Origin: Styela clava
Taxonomy: Eukaryota
Assembly (NCBI RefSeq): GCF_964204865.1
Contig: NC_135256.1
Span: 19,778,001-19,842,000, forward strand
Length of the DNA stretch: 64,000 bases
Reading direction: 5' to 3'
In this document: piece by piece, positions 22,501-37,213 of the stretch
Layout: every line of letters begins with the position of its first letter
Position numbering within the stretch: the stretch's first letter is position 1
Position numbers and translations under genes: made by a program
Notes under the pieces: generated by a model
Seen by the model: the letters and a program-made list of their open reading frames with translations, nothing else
The model's database searches: none
Told to the model about the DNA's origin: nothing

Positions 22501-25500
22501 ACTTGGCATAAAAGAAAGATGCATCGACCAAAGTACAGTGCCAGTGCAAGTATGTTTACATTTTCTGATTATAAACTATTGCATTATTTAAATTTAAAAT
22601 TTGAGAAAAAATTGTATTTGATATGTCAATTTAGGTTTTGTATTTCGTTCATATGCTCAATACTCAGCAGTCCACTTCACCTATTTGGTTCTATAAATTT
22701 GCTTTTAAGTAAAGTGGTATTGATGTAAAATATAAAGGGTGTTAAATGTTATTATAAATTGTTTCTAATTCTGATTTTTTGAGTTATGGTTTTGTTATTA
22801 GGGTCGTTTTATAGATATTCCCTCAAAGCAATTTAAAATGAATTTCGACAAGAGTGAAACTTTTCTCTAAACTAGAGACACCAGTGGCAACTGCCCCGAG
22901 AGAAAATTAAGTAGTTCAAAAGTTGAAAAATTCAATATTGATTAAGTTTTTCAAGAAACTTGAAAAATCCTCACCTCAAACACTTAGTATGATAACCACT
23001 CACTCAGAATTATTTCTACCTAAACCTGAAACCTAACCTCAAATCTATCTAAACTGTATCCATGAGGAAAATGTTCCAACTTACCCAAAGTTTGTCACCA
23101 TCAGGGGCAGTCCTGCCATTACCCCCTAAAAGCCTTGGTTTGTGGCAGCAAAATTTTACTCGCCATTGGTTTTCAATTTGCTGCCGGGTACCCCACCTCG
23201 TGCCATTGATTTGTGGCAGCTAAAAAGTCAGCCGCCATGGTTTGGAAATCCTGCCATGGTTTTGCATCAGCTTCAGATGCCGCAAAATAGTTAAAGCTGC
23301 ACTTGTACCCTAGTCTAACTTAATAAATGTTAATTATAATCATCTCAATCAATACCAATCAGTGGCGTGCCTAGCAACTAGCATATAGGACGTGAAAGTT
23401 ATGATATAAACTTTTGTTAACTTCATCCCAGTGTCTCTGGCATCAGTCGACTACCTAAGTGGAAATCAAGTTGTTCGGTCGGAAAACATTGAAATCTGTT
23501 TGTTAGCTGCCGATAATAATTGTCCACCGGGAAGTTTATCTGCAATGTATTTTGGTATTCAACTACAAGGAGGAGTGTTTGCAACTGAAGTTTTCACTTC
23601 TCCACCTGCTATTGCTTTTATTGAGAGTGACAGTGCTGCAGAAAGGTAATTTGATATTCACAGTTTCTTTTTACTTTGAATTGAAGAAGTCAAAAGTTTG
23701 TTTATTTGTAATTAGAGTTTTATTTTGTTGAATCGTTTTTTTTTAAAGACATTTCCGTTCTATTACTAATTGCTTTCAAATTTTCAGTAGTCAAGGATTT
23801 AAGTTTCCTAAGATTTTTTTCTCATTTATTCATCTCGGAAAATTTTGCATGGTATCATAGCCATTCAATGTATATGAGTATTGCTATTGGGTTCTTGGGA
23901 ATAAAAGCCCACTATGTGAATCTTATAAATCTAAACTATTAAAAATACATTTAGCATATTTTACATTTTTTATCGAATCATACTGTATATTGCATAACAC
24001 GAATTATATTTTATAAACTCAAATATTGATAAGAATTAAATACTCTTGTAAATGGTAAAAAGTAGTTAATCCTCTCAACTTTTCCAACTGAATTTTATCT
24101 TCTAAAGATGTGGACGGATACAAGTCGGTGACAGATTATTATCAGTGAATGGTTGCGGAACGGAAAATGAAACTTTAGAAGAAGTTAAAGGAATGCTATC
24201 AGAAGCTATGGAGAGTGGACAAGTAAGTTGTACTTGCATTTGTAAGTTGTAACCAAAGAACTTTCTTCAAAAATATAAACAGACATAATTTTTTTTGTTC
24301 TTCCTGGTGGAGGTGGGGGCTGATTATAATTTTGTAAACATCATGGCCTCACTGATTTGAAATAAACTAAACAAAATCAATGAATCGTAAATGATTCTGT
24401 GGTGATGTACAGAATAATGTTGCCAGTATTTAAAAAAGATTTCCAGTCACAACTATGCAATATAAATAAAAGTTTGATCACCCTTCATTATTAATACCCA
24501 TATTTTTAATACAAAGCAAATTCAGTTTTCGAGACAATGTCATATGGAATACAATTATTTTCACAGGTATATGTTGAAATTGAATTTGATGTCGCTGAAT
24601 CTGTGGTGCCAAGCAGTGGAACATTTCATGTTAAACTACCAAAGAGAAGAGAAATTGATTTGGGAATTGTTGTGGGAAGTAGGTCTTAAACTTTCTATTT
24701 AGGAGTAATGTCCAACTTTAACGCTATATATCACTTTAAAGAATACTGCGATAAATGTCGACTTCAGCGAAAATTGTTCAGCATTGTGGTTGATAATATT
24801 TGTTTCTTTTTTTGACACTTGTTTACTTGTATGCTACTAGCTTTTGAGTTTGACTTGAACTTGGCCTACACTTCTCATAGCTTTCAATCTCGATAAAAAC
24901 ATTTTTAGAAATGATGACGCCCAATGAACCGCTTGTTATAACTGATATAAAAAGAGGATCCACAGCACATAGGACTGGTACAATACAAGCTGGTGATAAA
25001 TTACTAGCTATCGATGGTGTGAGATTGGATAAGAATTCAACAGTGGAAGATGCACTTGCTTTATTGCTTAGTGCAGAAGATGTTGTCAGATTGAAAATAA
25101 GGAAAGATGAAGAAAATTCAGGTATTTATCAATAACTTTTTCGTATAACGCTCATTCACATTTTTTCACTCTGAACAAAGTTCTTGGGTAAATTAAACTT
25201 GTATAATTAAGTCAAATGCCAGATATTTTGTTCACAAGCCTCAACCGACACTATTGCTGAATATCTAAATTCAATATACAAATATCTGACATCCATTCAT
25301 TATGCACTTGAATTATTATTACTTGTGATATCATATTTCGGCAACGTTCCAACTTTTTCATAGATGATGCAGAATCGACTGGTGCTATTTCATTTACTGT
25401 TGAATTGAAAAGATACGGAGGTCCACTGGGAATCACAATATCTGGTACTGAAGATGCTTTTGATCCGATCATTATTTCTGGACTCACTCCAGGTGGACTC

Positions 25501-28500
25501 GCACACAGGTTTGTTTCTTTATTATCGAGGCTTTATCAAAGGCCCGCATATATCTAAGGCAAAAACGGGGATAATTAAGATGATAAATTATTTAATTTCG
25601 GAATTTGGTTTATTCAATGATTGTCTGATAGTTATTTGCTGTTCAGCTGTTCCAAAGTAAACTTGATGAGGATTGAGATTTGTGTTTTTTAGTGGATTCT
25701 CTTTTATCAGCAAATGTATTCTAAAAGAAAATTCTGCTTCAAATTAAATTCATGAGCCATTTTTATATCTTTCCTCTAAACATGGCCCTGGACAAGTCAC
25801 CACCACTAGTATGTAGGGGGCTATTAGTTTGGAAATGACCTCACTTAATTACACTCTTGAGTGAGTGTTAACAACCCCATTATATGAAATAATAAAACAT
25901 CCTTGATTATTAAAACTTCTGTATACAATCATACACAAACAGATTACAGAAGTTACCGTGTGTATGTAATTATGAAATTCAGTATTCTCAATTTTATAGT
26001 TGAAATCATTCAAATCCTGTTTCATTTGTTTTCATTTGATGTTTCCTTTCTTCAGAACTGGAGCAATACACGAAGGTGATCAAATTTTGAGCATCAATAG
26101 CATTCAACTGAGAACAAAACCTCTCAGTGAAGCAATCAGATTGCTACAAACTGCAGGAGAGACGGTTACTCTGAAAATAAGAAAGAAGGCATTCAATGAC
26201 CAATCCACAGCACCTCCACCTACACATTCATCATACACAAGCACGCCTAGACAATCTATGACAAGATCTACATTGCCAAGAAGCTCTAATATAATGGTAA
26301 TTATATCTGTAGCAATTAGCTTTATCATGCATCTATAACTTGTTTTGTCTGAAAGTCTAAATAAAACTTAGAAATTCAATTCTGTCTCATTTATTGTGGA
26401 ACAGACTAAATTGAATGATATAAAAAGTCTTTTAAATTTACCGCAGCTAGAAGCGTTTTTTCAAATTCATACGACAATTTCTGGGATGTAGTTAACTCCG
26501 GGTGGCAATGCTGAACGAGGAGGATTCTGCTCAGTATGAAAATTGGCTGTCCGCATATATCAGTAGATGCCAGTCTAGAGCCTTGTTTGGAGACAGTTTG
26601 TAAAAAATGGTGCTCTGTGCTAAACAATAGCTGATAAAATTTTGTATGGTGTAACTATTGTGTGAGTGTGATAGAATTTCTGGATTCCTCGCAGTCGTAA
26701 TATGGTTTACATCGATTGACAATGGATTGTGGCTTCTTCCTCTGGTTACAACCATGCGTTATAATATTTAACAGTTCATTCCCATTTTCATTTTATTCAA
26801 TCTGACTTGGATTTGGCTTTCAAACGAGGGGCCGGTCTTGTCATATGATTATATCTTCTTATCAACTTTTTTCCCTCCTCACGGATATATATAGGAAAAT
26901 TCTATCCTAATATGGATATTTACCTTCTACAGAAAGAACCTATCACAGAACTGAGTGATCCAGAAGATGATATTGCTACATTTCAGAGTGAAGCAACATA
27001 CACAACGCAAGAGGTCGGTTGGATTGTTAAATTATTATTTACAATGATATATTGAATTTTAACATTCATTGGGATAGATTGAATTCCCAATATCCTACTT
27101 TCTTAAAAAATCTTTTTTAACAGATCTTGTTAAAAACCGATCAGGCCCAATGAGTAGTAATAAAGACCCGCAATTAAAGTTATGGTTGACTGAAACCAAT
27201 ATCGTTATATGCCAGTATTTGGAAAATGAAACCGAAACACTTTATAATTTTATGTTTCCACTATAACCTCCCAAGATAATTTTTAATTAATTATTGGAAA
27301 GAACTAAATAGTTGTCCCGTAAATATTACAAATTTGTTAACAAATTCCAGAATTATCCTCTCAAATCATAGAATATGTCCTTGTAGCAGAGACAAGCATT
27401 TAAACATCTAACGAGAAATAACAAAATTCTGGTGCACAAAACTATTCCAGTTTAAATTTTTTCAATTTTTATATAAAACTATTTTCAGGCTTCTGTTGCT
27501 CCTGAACCATCCTATATAAATTCACCACCGCTTGTAACAAAAACCGAACCAGAGACAACAGAATGTGCCAGGATTGGACCTGCTGGAGCAGCAAGTGTTG
27601 ATAGTGCTGTAGGTTCATTAGAAAGATCTGCTTCGGATGCTCAGCAACGTAATTCGCCAACTAATAGTGGTACGTAGGATTAAAACACAGTAATCCACTT
27701 ATCCATCCTACTATTTTGATTTTCTTGATGTGACAATCTCTTCCAATTTTTAGTAGTTGATTAATGCAATAGGAAAATTCCAACCATGAAAATTCTTTTA
27801 AATAAGGATAACATAATCTCTTTCAAAAAAATTGTGTTGTTTTTATTTATGTTTCAAATACTATCTTGTTCAAGCATCCCTGTGGCAACGGATATATGGA
27901 TCCAAAGTAGGATGTGGACAAAGAAAAGGATCTACGGTTTTTTACACAATACCTGCACACCCCCTAAAATTCTATTCTCAGGAATCTTTACCCGAGAAAA
28001 ATATTCCCTGTGGAATATTTTTAGATTGATTCTGTGTATAATGCATATATTTTCTGGGCTTGATCAGAATTTTTTCAGACACTATTGGTTACATAGACAT
28101 GTAAAATTTTTCTTTTAGCAACTCAACCAAAACCTCATATTCAAAGCAAACCTTTAAAAAGAAGTGATTCAGTGCCTAGAAGAATTGACAGTCTACGTGC
28201 CAAGTAAGAATATATCTATTCATATTTGCTTAGAAGAAGCTAAGTGAAGCGTTTGTTAATTAGTCCATCTTCTTTCTGAAGAGTTGGGTTGAATACTGTT
28301 TTTGGTGTACAAGGGATATTTAAGCCTACAATTTAATAAATTAAACTGAAGGCTTAACAATTTGTTGCATGAATTATGCAATATATATATGCAATTTTGA
28401 CTTCAAGATTAAGTGTAAAGTCTTAGTTTCGAGTTTATGTGTGCTTGATTCTTTTTCTATCTATAGTTATGTGTTTGTTTCAACTTTTTTTTTTATATAT

Positions 28501-31500
28501 TGGAATATGAATATCGGTAAATTCAGACCTGAGAAGTGTACATGTGTAGAACTTTGCATTGGAATTATAGGAAAGTTGAAATAATAATATATTTTTGATT
28601 GGTTTTACCTTTTATAGTTTTCAGAAATAAGCGAATGCTTCCTCAGTCATACTGTAAGACTTCTAATGCTTGCAATGATAATTTTCCAAATAAACTAATT
28701 CTCGATTTTAGGAGTCAAGAATTCGAAACATTGAATACAATTTTTTGTTTGAGTCATTCCAAATTTTCGATTTATTTCAGACAATATTACTATCGCTACG
28801 TAACACAGAATTTGATTTTCAATATCTTGTATATAATACTGTGCGATTCTAATTACTGAACTTTTTAAGATTTGAGTCGACACAAAATTATCCAACTAAT
28901 ACCTGGAATGCTTCATCCCTCGAACATAGAAGAGTTGAATCTGCCAGACCAAGCTCAACGTGAGCAAATTTTAATGCAAATTTTAGTAAATGACCTACCG
29001 TAATTATAAATTGTTCGTGTATAACCCTGAATGCAAAGTATTCACTTTATGGGTTAGTTTCATCTTTGCTCTGAATAGGGCCTGGAACAAGCAATGCTCA
29101 GAACAAGTCCCTATTCAAGCAACCACTGGGATCTAATGATATGTATGGAGCTGCTATTTATTTCAAGGTCGAGAATCTCTCCAGCACGCTTACCAGTTAC
29201 CATTGCACCTCTGGTTACCCTGTGTAGTGTATGGGTTCACTTCACAGGTTCGACTCCTGTTGGGTATAATTATGTGTAATAGGATTACTGAAATCTCCGC
29301 AGTCGTAGGATCATGTAACTGCTGGCCGATTACGGCTACCTCCACCATCGAGTCGAGTAACTATTCTCATACCTTACATAGGACTGGTAACCAGACGAGT
29401 GATCATGTTTCATTTCACCATATGATTACGCCGTAATATCGGTTTTTCGCTTCTCTGTGTGAAATATGAAATTCCTATCGGGATAAATTTTCATTTTTCA
29501 AATTGATTCCTGTCGGTTTACACTTTACAGTAATCTTTATAGAATTAATAAATTTTACTGATCTTTTTTTTTAATTATATATCAGGAGAAATTCAGCGGG
29601 ATCAGATTGGCAGAGTGCATTGAGAGATCTACAGTCTGTTGGACAATCAACTGATATTGTAAGAGATTTAGAGGTAACCGGTGGCTGCTTACTAACTTCT
29701 TTATAATCATAACATTTGTCTGCTTTGTTGATTTTTCACTTTCTTCAATGTCTGCAAGTAGTAGTATGCTTTAATATGATTTGCAATGCCAAATGATTTT
29801 TCATATCTTCCTTCTGAAAGCTGTTCCTCTGGATTATATCTGTGGCTGCTTGTACAGGTTCTTGTTTGGGGCGTACAGCACTAATAAGTTTCACATAAAA
29901 AAGTACTGCTGCCAGAATCAGGAGCATAATAAAGATAGTGGTGGCATTACAGTCACAATTCCTATTATTTACATCAATTTCTTGATGTGGGTATGGTCAT
30001 CGGTGACATACAGAAATTATATTTACTGAATGGAAATGAATTAACAAATTTCTGGCAGGGTTGTTCGATGTCCCAATTTTGTTTATTCGAAAATCCCATT
30101 TTGTTCTTGTTGACTCGTCAGCTGTTTTGACTTATTATGTGATATATTAATTGGACTTAAATTGAATGGGGTTAATAAGTTTTTAAACGACATTTGACTT
30201 GAAACTGAGAATGACTGGGACTCAACCGTATGAATATTAATATTAACAAATGGTTTGATTGCCAATTCGTCTTGCATCTGTGGCTTGTTGATTTGCAGAC
30301 TATCAACATAAAATTTGATTTTCAAACAGGTCATCTAGAGTAGCGTTTTCCAACCACATAGTAATTTTTCATTTGGGTCGATATATTATTTTGGATTCGG
30401 TTTGGTTTAACTTAATAATATTCATAATAACTTACTTCTGATTTTAAAGCGCCGTGCAAAGTCTCGATGGAAGTCCTACAGTCGATTTATGGTTGGTTGG
30501 TCGATCATATCGTCATATTGGTGACATAGATTGCATGATTTTTATCTGCTTCTTCATATTTTTTCATCAATATAACATTATAATGGCTGAATTTTATTGA
30601 TGCGAGAATCTCTGCAATATTTGTCTCATCAAATCTTCGCTGCAAAAACATGGCAACTTTATTTTGTCTGTAATATTTGGAAAAATCAGATTTGAGCAGA
30701 AAATGTAGACCTTAAAAAAAAAATCTATGGTCTTGGTATATTTATTCTTCTTTGTTAGAATAACGGCGTAGAATGAATTTTAGTTATATTTAGTTTTCTG
30801 GTGTAGTAAAAAATCTGAATCTTCCTATATATTATAGCTTGTATTTTCTTTTTTTTCAAAATATCGACATGCTTGTTTAGCTACTTCTTCCATAGAATTT
30901 GTTTTTGTTCTGGTGTGATTAAATGTAGGGGATAGAGAACAATTTAGTCTGCTCATCCGCTACCTTTTATTATATAATTCACTTTTTAGAAGTTAGACAA
31001 TGGAACAAACTTGTTTAAAGATTATTGTGGTTATGTATTTTTGTGAAAAACAATTTTTTTAGAAAATTATTTAACGGAAATTGTTCCAGAGAAATTTAAA
31101 AATTAAATCTATACTTTATATATTGTGTTGCATCCAGCTCTTTTCATTCTATATTTGACTGATCTAGGCATCCTATCATTCAAAATTTCATTCACTTTTA
31201 CTATTTCCAGCCAACATATTCAAACACATGTTTGGAGCTGTTTTAACATTTTATCAACTCAACAGCATTAGGTTTTGAGTTAGCTGATCACTCAGTGACT
31301 GAAAAAGAAACATATCCACAAATTTCCTACTTCTAAAAAATGCAGAAAATTTATTTAACTTTTGTTTACGTAGCATAATTGCACATAAAAGTTTCAATAT
31401 TCTGGGGCGCATTGCATAAACTTTATGTTCCTTCTAGAATATGTTCCAAATAACATTGATTCTTTTTCCATGGGTAGCCTGTATAATGTTTCGTTCTCAA

Positions 31501-33986
31501 TAAAGATCTTTCTATTAAATAGTAATGTTTGTTAGAGAATCAATAGGATACTGTAGCTTTTTTTAGGGTGGATCTGAACATTTGGGCCAATTGTCATTAA
31601 GAATCATGCCTTCGTAAAGCTTTGTATGAAAATAGTATGTTGTAGCTTGTTCATTAAATTTGGCAATTACAAGTATGGTCTTGTCAATAAAGTAAAAATA
31701 CTATTCTTTAAGCCTACTTCTTTATATTTGCTTTTCAGTAATGTTGTTATGAAAGAGAACCAATCTTTACAGTTTTATTGATAAAATATCATCAAATATT
31801 AGAATCTAAGAATATGTTAATGGACAAATATTAAGTACTGGTAATGCATATCAATGGATAGTATGTCACTCAAACTCTTTTTTATATAAAATTGTTTGTC
31901 TTTTTATTCCTGTTTTACCAAATAAAAAATATTTATAATATTCAACCAACCACAAAATTGAAAATAAATTATGGTTAATATTTTGTATTTTTTTTAATTT
32001 GACATTTAGGAATCAATTATGACAACTAGAAAGTTGGATATTTCTGATGACGTTTTCAGGCAGCATTCTCATTCTACAGCTAATAGTGTCAGTAACTATC
32101 CACAATCTATGTATCAACCTCGATCTATCAATCAACAATCATATAATGTATCAACTAGCCCAGCTGTCCAACTACACAAGGTGAGATTATACTTGAAACT
32201 TGCTCGATATATATATAAAAAATAGATACTGAAGTTTTCACTGTAACCAGGACTTGGAATTTCAGTCAAAACATTTTGACACTTAGTAACCAGGCAAAAT
32301 TGATAAATTAACCATTGTTGGTTTCAAAGTTGCAGGTTAAAATAACTTCGCCTCAATTTTACGTACATGATAAAGGGAAATTAGGCATGTTATAATATAG
32401 TTTCAGTTTCAGCGTCTATTTTATATTACCTTTTGACTTTAGAATTTTTCGAATAACATTTTGTTTATAGATAACTCTGCAAAAGAATCTTGATTCTGAA
32501 GATTTTGGGTTTTCACTTTCTGATGGTCAGTTAGAACGTGGAGTTTATGTTCATTCTACAAGATCTGATGGACCAGCTGATAGAGCTGGCATGAGGCCAT
32601 ATGACAGGTTATTGCAGGTAAAATAGTAAATTTTTTTGAAGGTATCATTTTTAATGTGTTTAAATTGTGAGCTCTAGATGGATGTGCATCTGAATGATCT
32701 AATATATTTATTTTTCTCTGGGCTGCCACTCTGTATATACACTTCTTAAAAGTAACTAGAATTATGTCATGTTCCAAAAAATAACACATAGATAGCATTG
32801 CGTATTTAATGAGTTTGAATTTGGAAATGCAGGTTAGTTGAAATGAACAAAGATTTATTTGATTGGTTCTTTTTTTTCCCATGAATTTAAATTAAGGATG
32901 TTTTGGTCATACCGTAAATTGCTCAATTGGATAAATGCTTAAATGAAACTATTTAAATTTATTTCCCAAAGTAAGAATTTAAAATGTAGCATAACATTTT
33001 GAATCAATTCATGTATTCACTTTTCACCCACACAGCACATGTTGACGATGGTTCTATTTCGGTTAAAGCTTATTAAAAACTTATTTTGAACGGATTTTTC
33101 TCATTTGTTGCTATGGATACACAGTGGTCAAATTTTCACTAGGGGTTATGAATGATACCATTGCTCGACTTTTATGATCACTTCTACCACAACCTGACAA
33201 AACTGTAAACAGTGTGGTGCAAAGTGCTACGATAGTCTCATAATTGCAAATTACAATTGAGTAATATAATACCACATATTGTAACTGAAACAATGGAACG
33301 ATTACAGAACAGATCTTGTAATTTAATTCTGCTTTAATATATGAAATCCAATCTACCTTGCGACATAGTCACATTGTTTACTTGATTCTTTCAAGTCTTG
33401 TGTTAACCGCTATCTGCTGGTATTTCGGTCACTGTATATCGGAAGAACCAAATTAGCTTATGTCACATTTTAAGGTTTTGAGAAAATCACATTTTACTGA
33501 TAGTTCACGGCTCTAACTGTCAAAAGTAAAATGAACATAACACACTACTAAAATCGAGACTAGTTCAGGTATAGCTTCGAAATACAAAATCAAAATATGG
33601 CACATTTATAAAAAAATGACATACGCTACTCTGTCTCTATATGATAGTAATGCGCTTAGTATGTCTGTACTCTGTTTAAAAACTTGCAACTCATCTATCA
33701 GTTCAGTACAGTACTAAATATTTTAGTTCACGACTCCAAGCTTGTTTCAAAAAATCTTATATAAAATTTTTATGTACAGGTAAATGGAGTCAGAACAAGA
33801 GATTTTGATTGTTGTCAAGCTATACCTTTAATAGCGCAAGCTGGAAAGAGAATAGTTCTAGTCATCGCAAGACATCCGCAAAATACTGGAATATCAGTCT
33901 CATCTCATCCTATGCCATTACTTGCTCCTCCTGTCAATGTACCAAGCACAAGTGCCATGAGATCTGGTGCTTTTGAAACTATGTAG
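16570..33986 (+). CDS. GRIP: Glutamate receptor-interacting protein (GRIP1/2 orthologue), 7 PDZ domains, ~1066 aa. 22 exons: 16570-16615, 16998-17072, 17364-17499, 17801-17946, 18703-18862, 19422-19567, 19906-20053, 21070-21245, 22382-22549, 23432-23645, 24108-24222, 24567-24678, 24909-25121, 25364-25508, 26056-26296, 26933-27013, 27489-27669, 28119-28203, 29586-29673, 32010-32180, 32471-32617, 33780-33986
   Basis: GRIP-specific peptides: [121 protein letters not shown]. All introns are GT-AG; the 3201-nt total is one open frame ending TAG. Confidence 0.96.
26660..26911 (+). mobile_element. Old, diverged 3' part of the tRNA-SINE family (GRIP intron)
   Basis: Matches to the SINE body (CTGGATTCCTCGCAGTCGT, ACGAGGGGCCG, CATATGATTA) and TCTATCCTA tail. 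Confidence 0.6.
29185..29479 (+). mobile_element. Diverged copy of the tRNA-SINE family (GRIP intron)
   Basis: B box GGTTCGACTCC, body CATGTAACTGCTGGCCGATTACGGCTACCTCCACCA, TGGTAACCAGACGAG, tail TTCCTATC. Confidence 0.75.
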
Positions 33987-36900
33987 ATTGAGGATAGGTT
34001 TGATTTATACTACATTCTTATTCTTTTTATCAAAATCAGTTGCCTAATAATTGCTTTGAACAATTCTGAATGTTTTGTTGGAAGAAGGAATTTTTTCTTA
34101 TTAAAGGTAGTGGAAAATAACTCTTCGAGGGTTTCAACAAGGGCGAATTCTTGAAATTTGAAAAAATAAATTTTGAAGAAATTAGAGAAATATCAATTTT
34201 CTGATCATAGTTTCAAGCAATATTCATCTCCAAAGGATTTCAATAAAAAGTTTAAAAATCAAAAATATGTGTTTTTCCTCATTTTTTTTTAAATAGTTTT
34301 GCCCTTTTTGTTGAAGCCCTCGTCTTGATATTTATTGTGCATGTCCGAACCTGAATTTCTTGTTTTCTGCCTTGCCATTTGTTTCGGTTAAATGAATCTT
34401 ATTTGCGAAAAAAATCATGGTATATTTTGTAAATGATTTGATAGATCAATTGATCAATCAAATGATTTGTCATAAAATGACAAATTTAACAAGAAAAACA
34501 AATAGTATTTTTAGTATCTAAATTGAAAACACCAATTTTGAATTGTGTTTAAACTAAATTTTTTCTATCAGCATTAGTAATTATTTTCTGTTTGGAAGTC
34601 AGTTGAATCATCCCTTGGTGTACATATTGTAATTCTCAACCCTTGTTCACCAATACAGTGATACCTCAGAAGCCGAAGGACTCGATACTCTGACAATTTG
34701 GTAGTCGACCAAAATTAATTACCATTGTTAGTTTGTTACTCATGGTAAAAAAAGTGTTGGTAGTCGAACATCAATCCTCAACGAATCATATTCACTATAT
34801 ATCATATTCAAAACACGGCAGTACATATTTACTAATTACTAAGACATAGTTTTATGAGTTAGAAATCAATGTACTGTTATTATCTAACGAATCATGAGGG
34901 TTAAGTAAGTTTTCGATTATTCCAAACCATCTATAAGAATTTTAAGTTGAATGAAAGTGTAAATAACGTGAACAAGAGTAAAATTTTCCTTTGTTAAACT
35001 TTGAGTCTTGTTCTGTTTTCATATTCATCTTTTCTTGTGTGCTTAATTTATACCTATGAAATATAAGCTCTCACTTGTTTGCTAAATGATATCTGGTGCT
35101 CTGTCATCATATTTATATTCTAACACATTTCTTACAAGTAATTTTCATCATTTTTTATTAACGTCTTGTATTTTGTTATAAAAAAGACAGTATTTTTCCT
35201 TCTTTTACAATGAGATATTGTATTTTTCCACTTTGGTGCTGATTCATTATGTATTTTGAGATATCAGTACAAAATCATGATATATGTCACATCATTATAC
35301 ATGTTTTTGTAAGTCACTAGAATCTATGTAGTGTTCAATGTAAGCAACATTTTTTTTCATACCGGGGTCATCCATAAGTAGCCGAAAATGTGTCTTCGTA
35401 ATTACTGGCCGAAATAGCCTAATTGGGAACAAAATATAAGCTGAGCTCAGAACGAAGGATTTGGATTCTGGATTGAAATATGCTTACTGCTATCCCTAAT
35501 TCAGTGCTAGCAGAAATAACAAAGTATGTTTCATGCTAAAGCGAGGAATTTGTTTTAAATTTAATCTCAATGGCCAGACTTGGCTATACTTAAGCTTGTG
35601 TTATCCTTGGCGAAGGCTTAGTCTGATTTTTAAGGTGAAACCTGCAAGTTTTTCAGTATCAGTGGGGATGATTTTTGTCTTTCATACCTTAGCATGGTGT
35701 GTTGTCCTGCACGCTCATGCCCAATTCACCAAGTTATGATGATGGTATGGTCTTTGCGTCCAAAATATCTGCACATTTCGGTCTATCATGCTAACGTATG
35801 TAATATGACTTTACCACAATTCACTTAACAATATTATTGCTTACTTATTCTTATCTTGCCTTTTTATTGTACTTTATATATTCTTGAATACCTATAGAAG
35901 AGTTGAGAAATTTGTCCTACATTCAGTGCCCCAATACTTTTTTTATTTGTATTTATTAAAACGGACCATTCTCTTGTTATAGGTCGCTATTGATGATTCT
36001 GTAATTAAAGTATTTTTCTAAAACTAATGTAAATACACCATGAAAATACCTGATATTCACCATGGTGCATGCATTTTATGGTACATTATGTACATTGTGT
36101 TCATTTGATCGATGGTACAACATTATTTTTATCCTTGACATGGATTTACCTACACCTGTCTACCTCCCATGAGCATGGGTCGTTTCTTCTACTCAAATGT
36201 TCTCTTCTGTGCTCTTTAAATGAAAAGTGGGCAATTATTTGCCATTCTGAATTCTGTAATTTTCAGCATCAAGTGCCTTTTTCAATAATAAAATATGTAA
36301 CACTTCATCATATGTATTTACTGGCTAACAACTTACTAACATTTCTATGTAACAGTATACCAGTTTGATAGGATAAATCAATACTTTTTGACAGATGTTA
36401 AGCCGTCTTGCTACAGCATTTCGAGAAAAATTTGAAGTCCTTCAAGCAGAATAATGATACTTTTATTGAAAAGTTAAGGATAGAGCTTAGAAATGGTTCG
36501 CCACGGCACGTTAGTGTTGCCAAATGCGCCGCGAAAACTAACAGAATTGTGTTTAACGCCACTTGGACGACAACTTCAGGATCCTGTGATCGATACGGCG
36601 CTGCTTTAGAGTAATTGCCGCTGCTTTGAGTTATTATTCATGGTACCATATGGCTTGTCGAATTACTTGATGTAAAAATAAATGCCTATGAGGGGTAAAT
36701 AATGTCACGAATCATTAAATTTTACAATTTGATACTGCAGACACCAACAACTCCCACTAAAATCCAAGGTGAGTGCAACGCGCTTTCTGGGGTTACATTT
36801 GAGTGTCTCATAAATTTCCTGTCTCAGTTGTATGAATCTCTAGCCCATTTGTATGCCTACTCTACCTTCCTACTAAGAATTATATCTACTCTAATCCAGA

Positions 36901-37213
36901 ACAGCATGAATCTCACCTCATATGCCTATATATATCTACCCTGACTCAAAACAATGCTGGATAAGTGAGACAGGTATTCAAAAGACGAGACATCGGTGTT
37001 ATCTTAATAACCTTGGCTAGCTTCTTCCATTAAATTTTATTTGTTGAGATATAAACGTGAAAATAAAGATGTTGACACATAAGCAGTCTACAACATATTA
37101 AAGTAACTCTTCATTACACTAGTTATATATATATAAAAAATTCATTTAATGCAAAATTTCTTGAGGTTGATCAATATCGCAAACTGCATATTCAATCTCA
37201 ATGTCATAATTCT

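Noticed and set aside
20600-23310. GAGTC-rich (20600-20750) and TGCCAT-rich (23100-23310) patches as regulatory arrays
   Set aside because: They look like eroded subterminal repeats of old MITEs; no intact TIR or TSD to define them.
27786-30334. Numerous 60-110 aa ORFs in GRIP introns and similar ORFs elsewhere
   Set aside because: F/I/L/Y-rich composition expected from random AT-rich DNA, with no domains or consistent splice structure.
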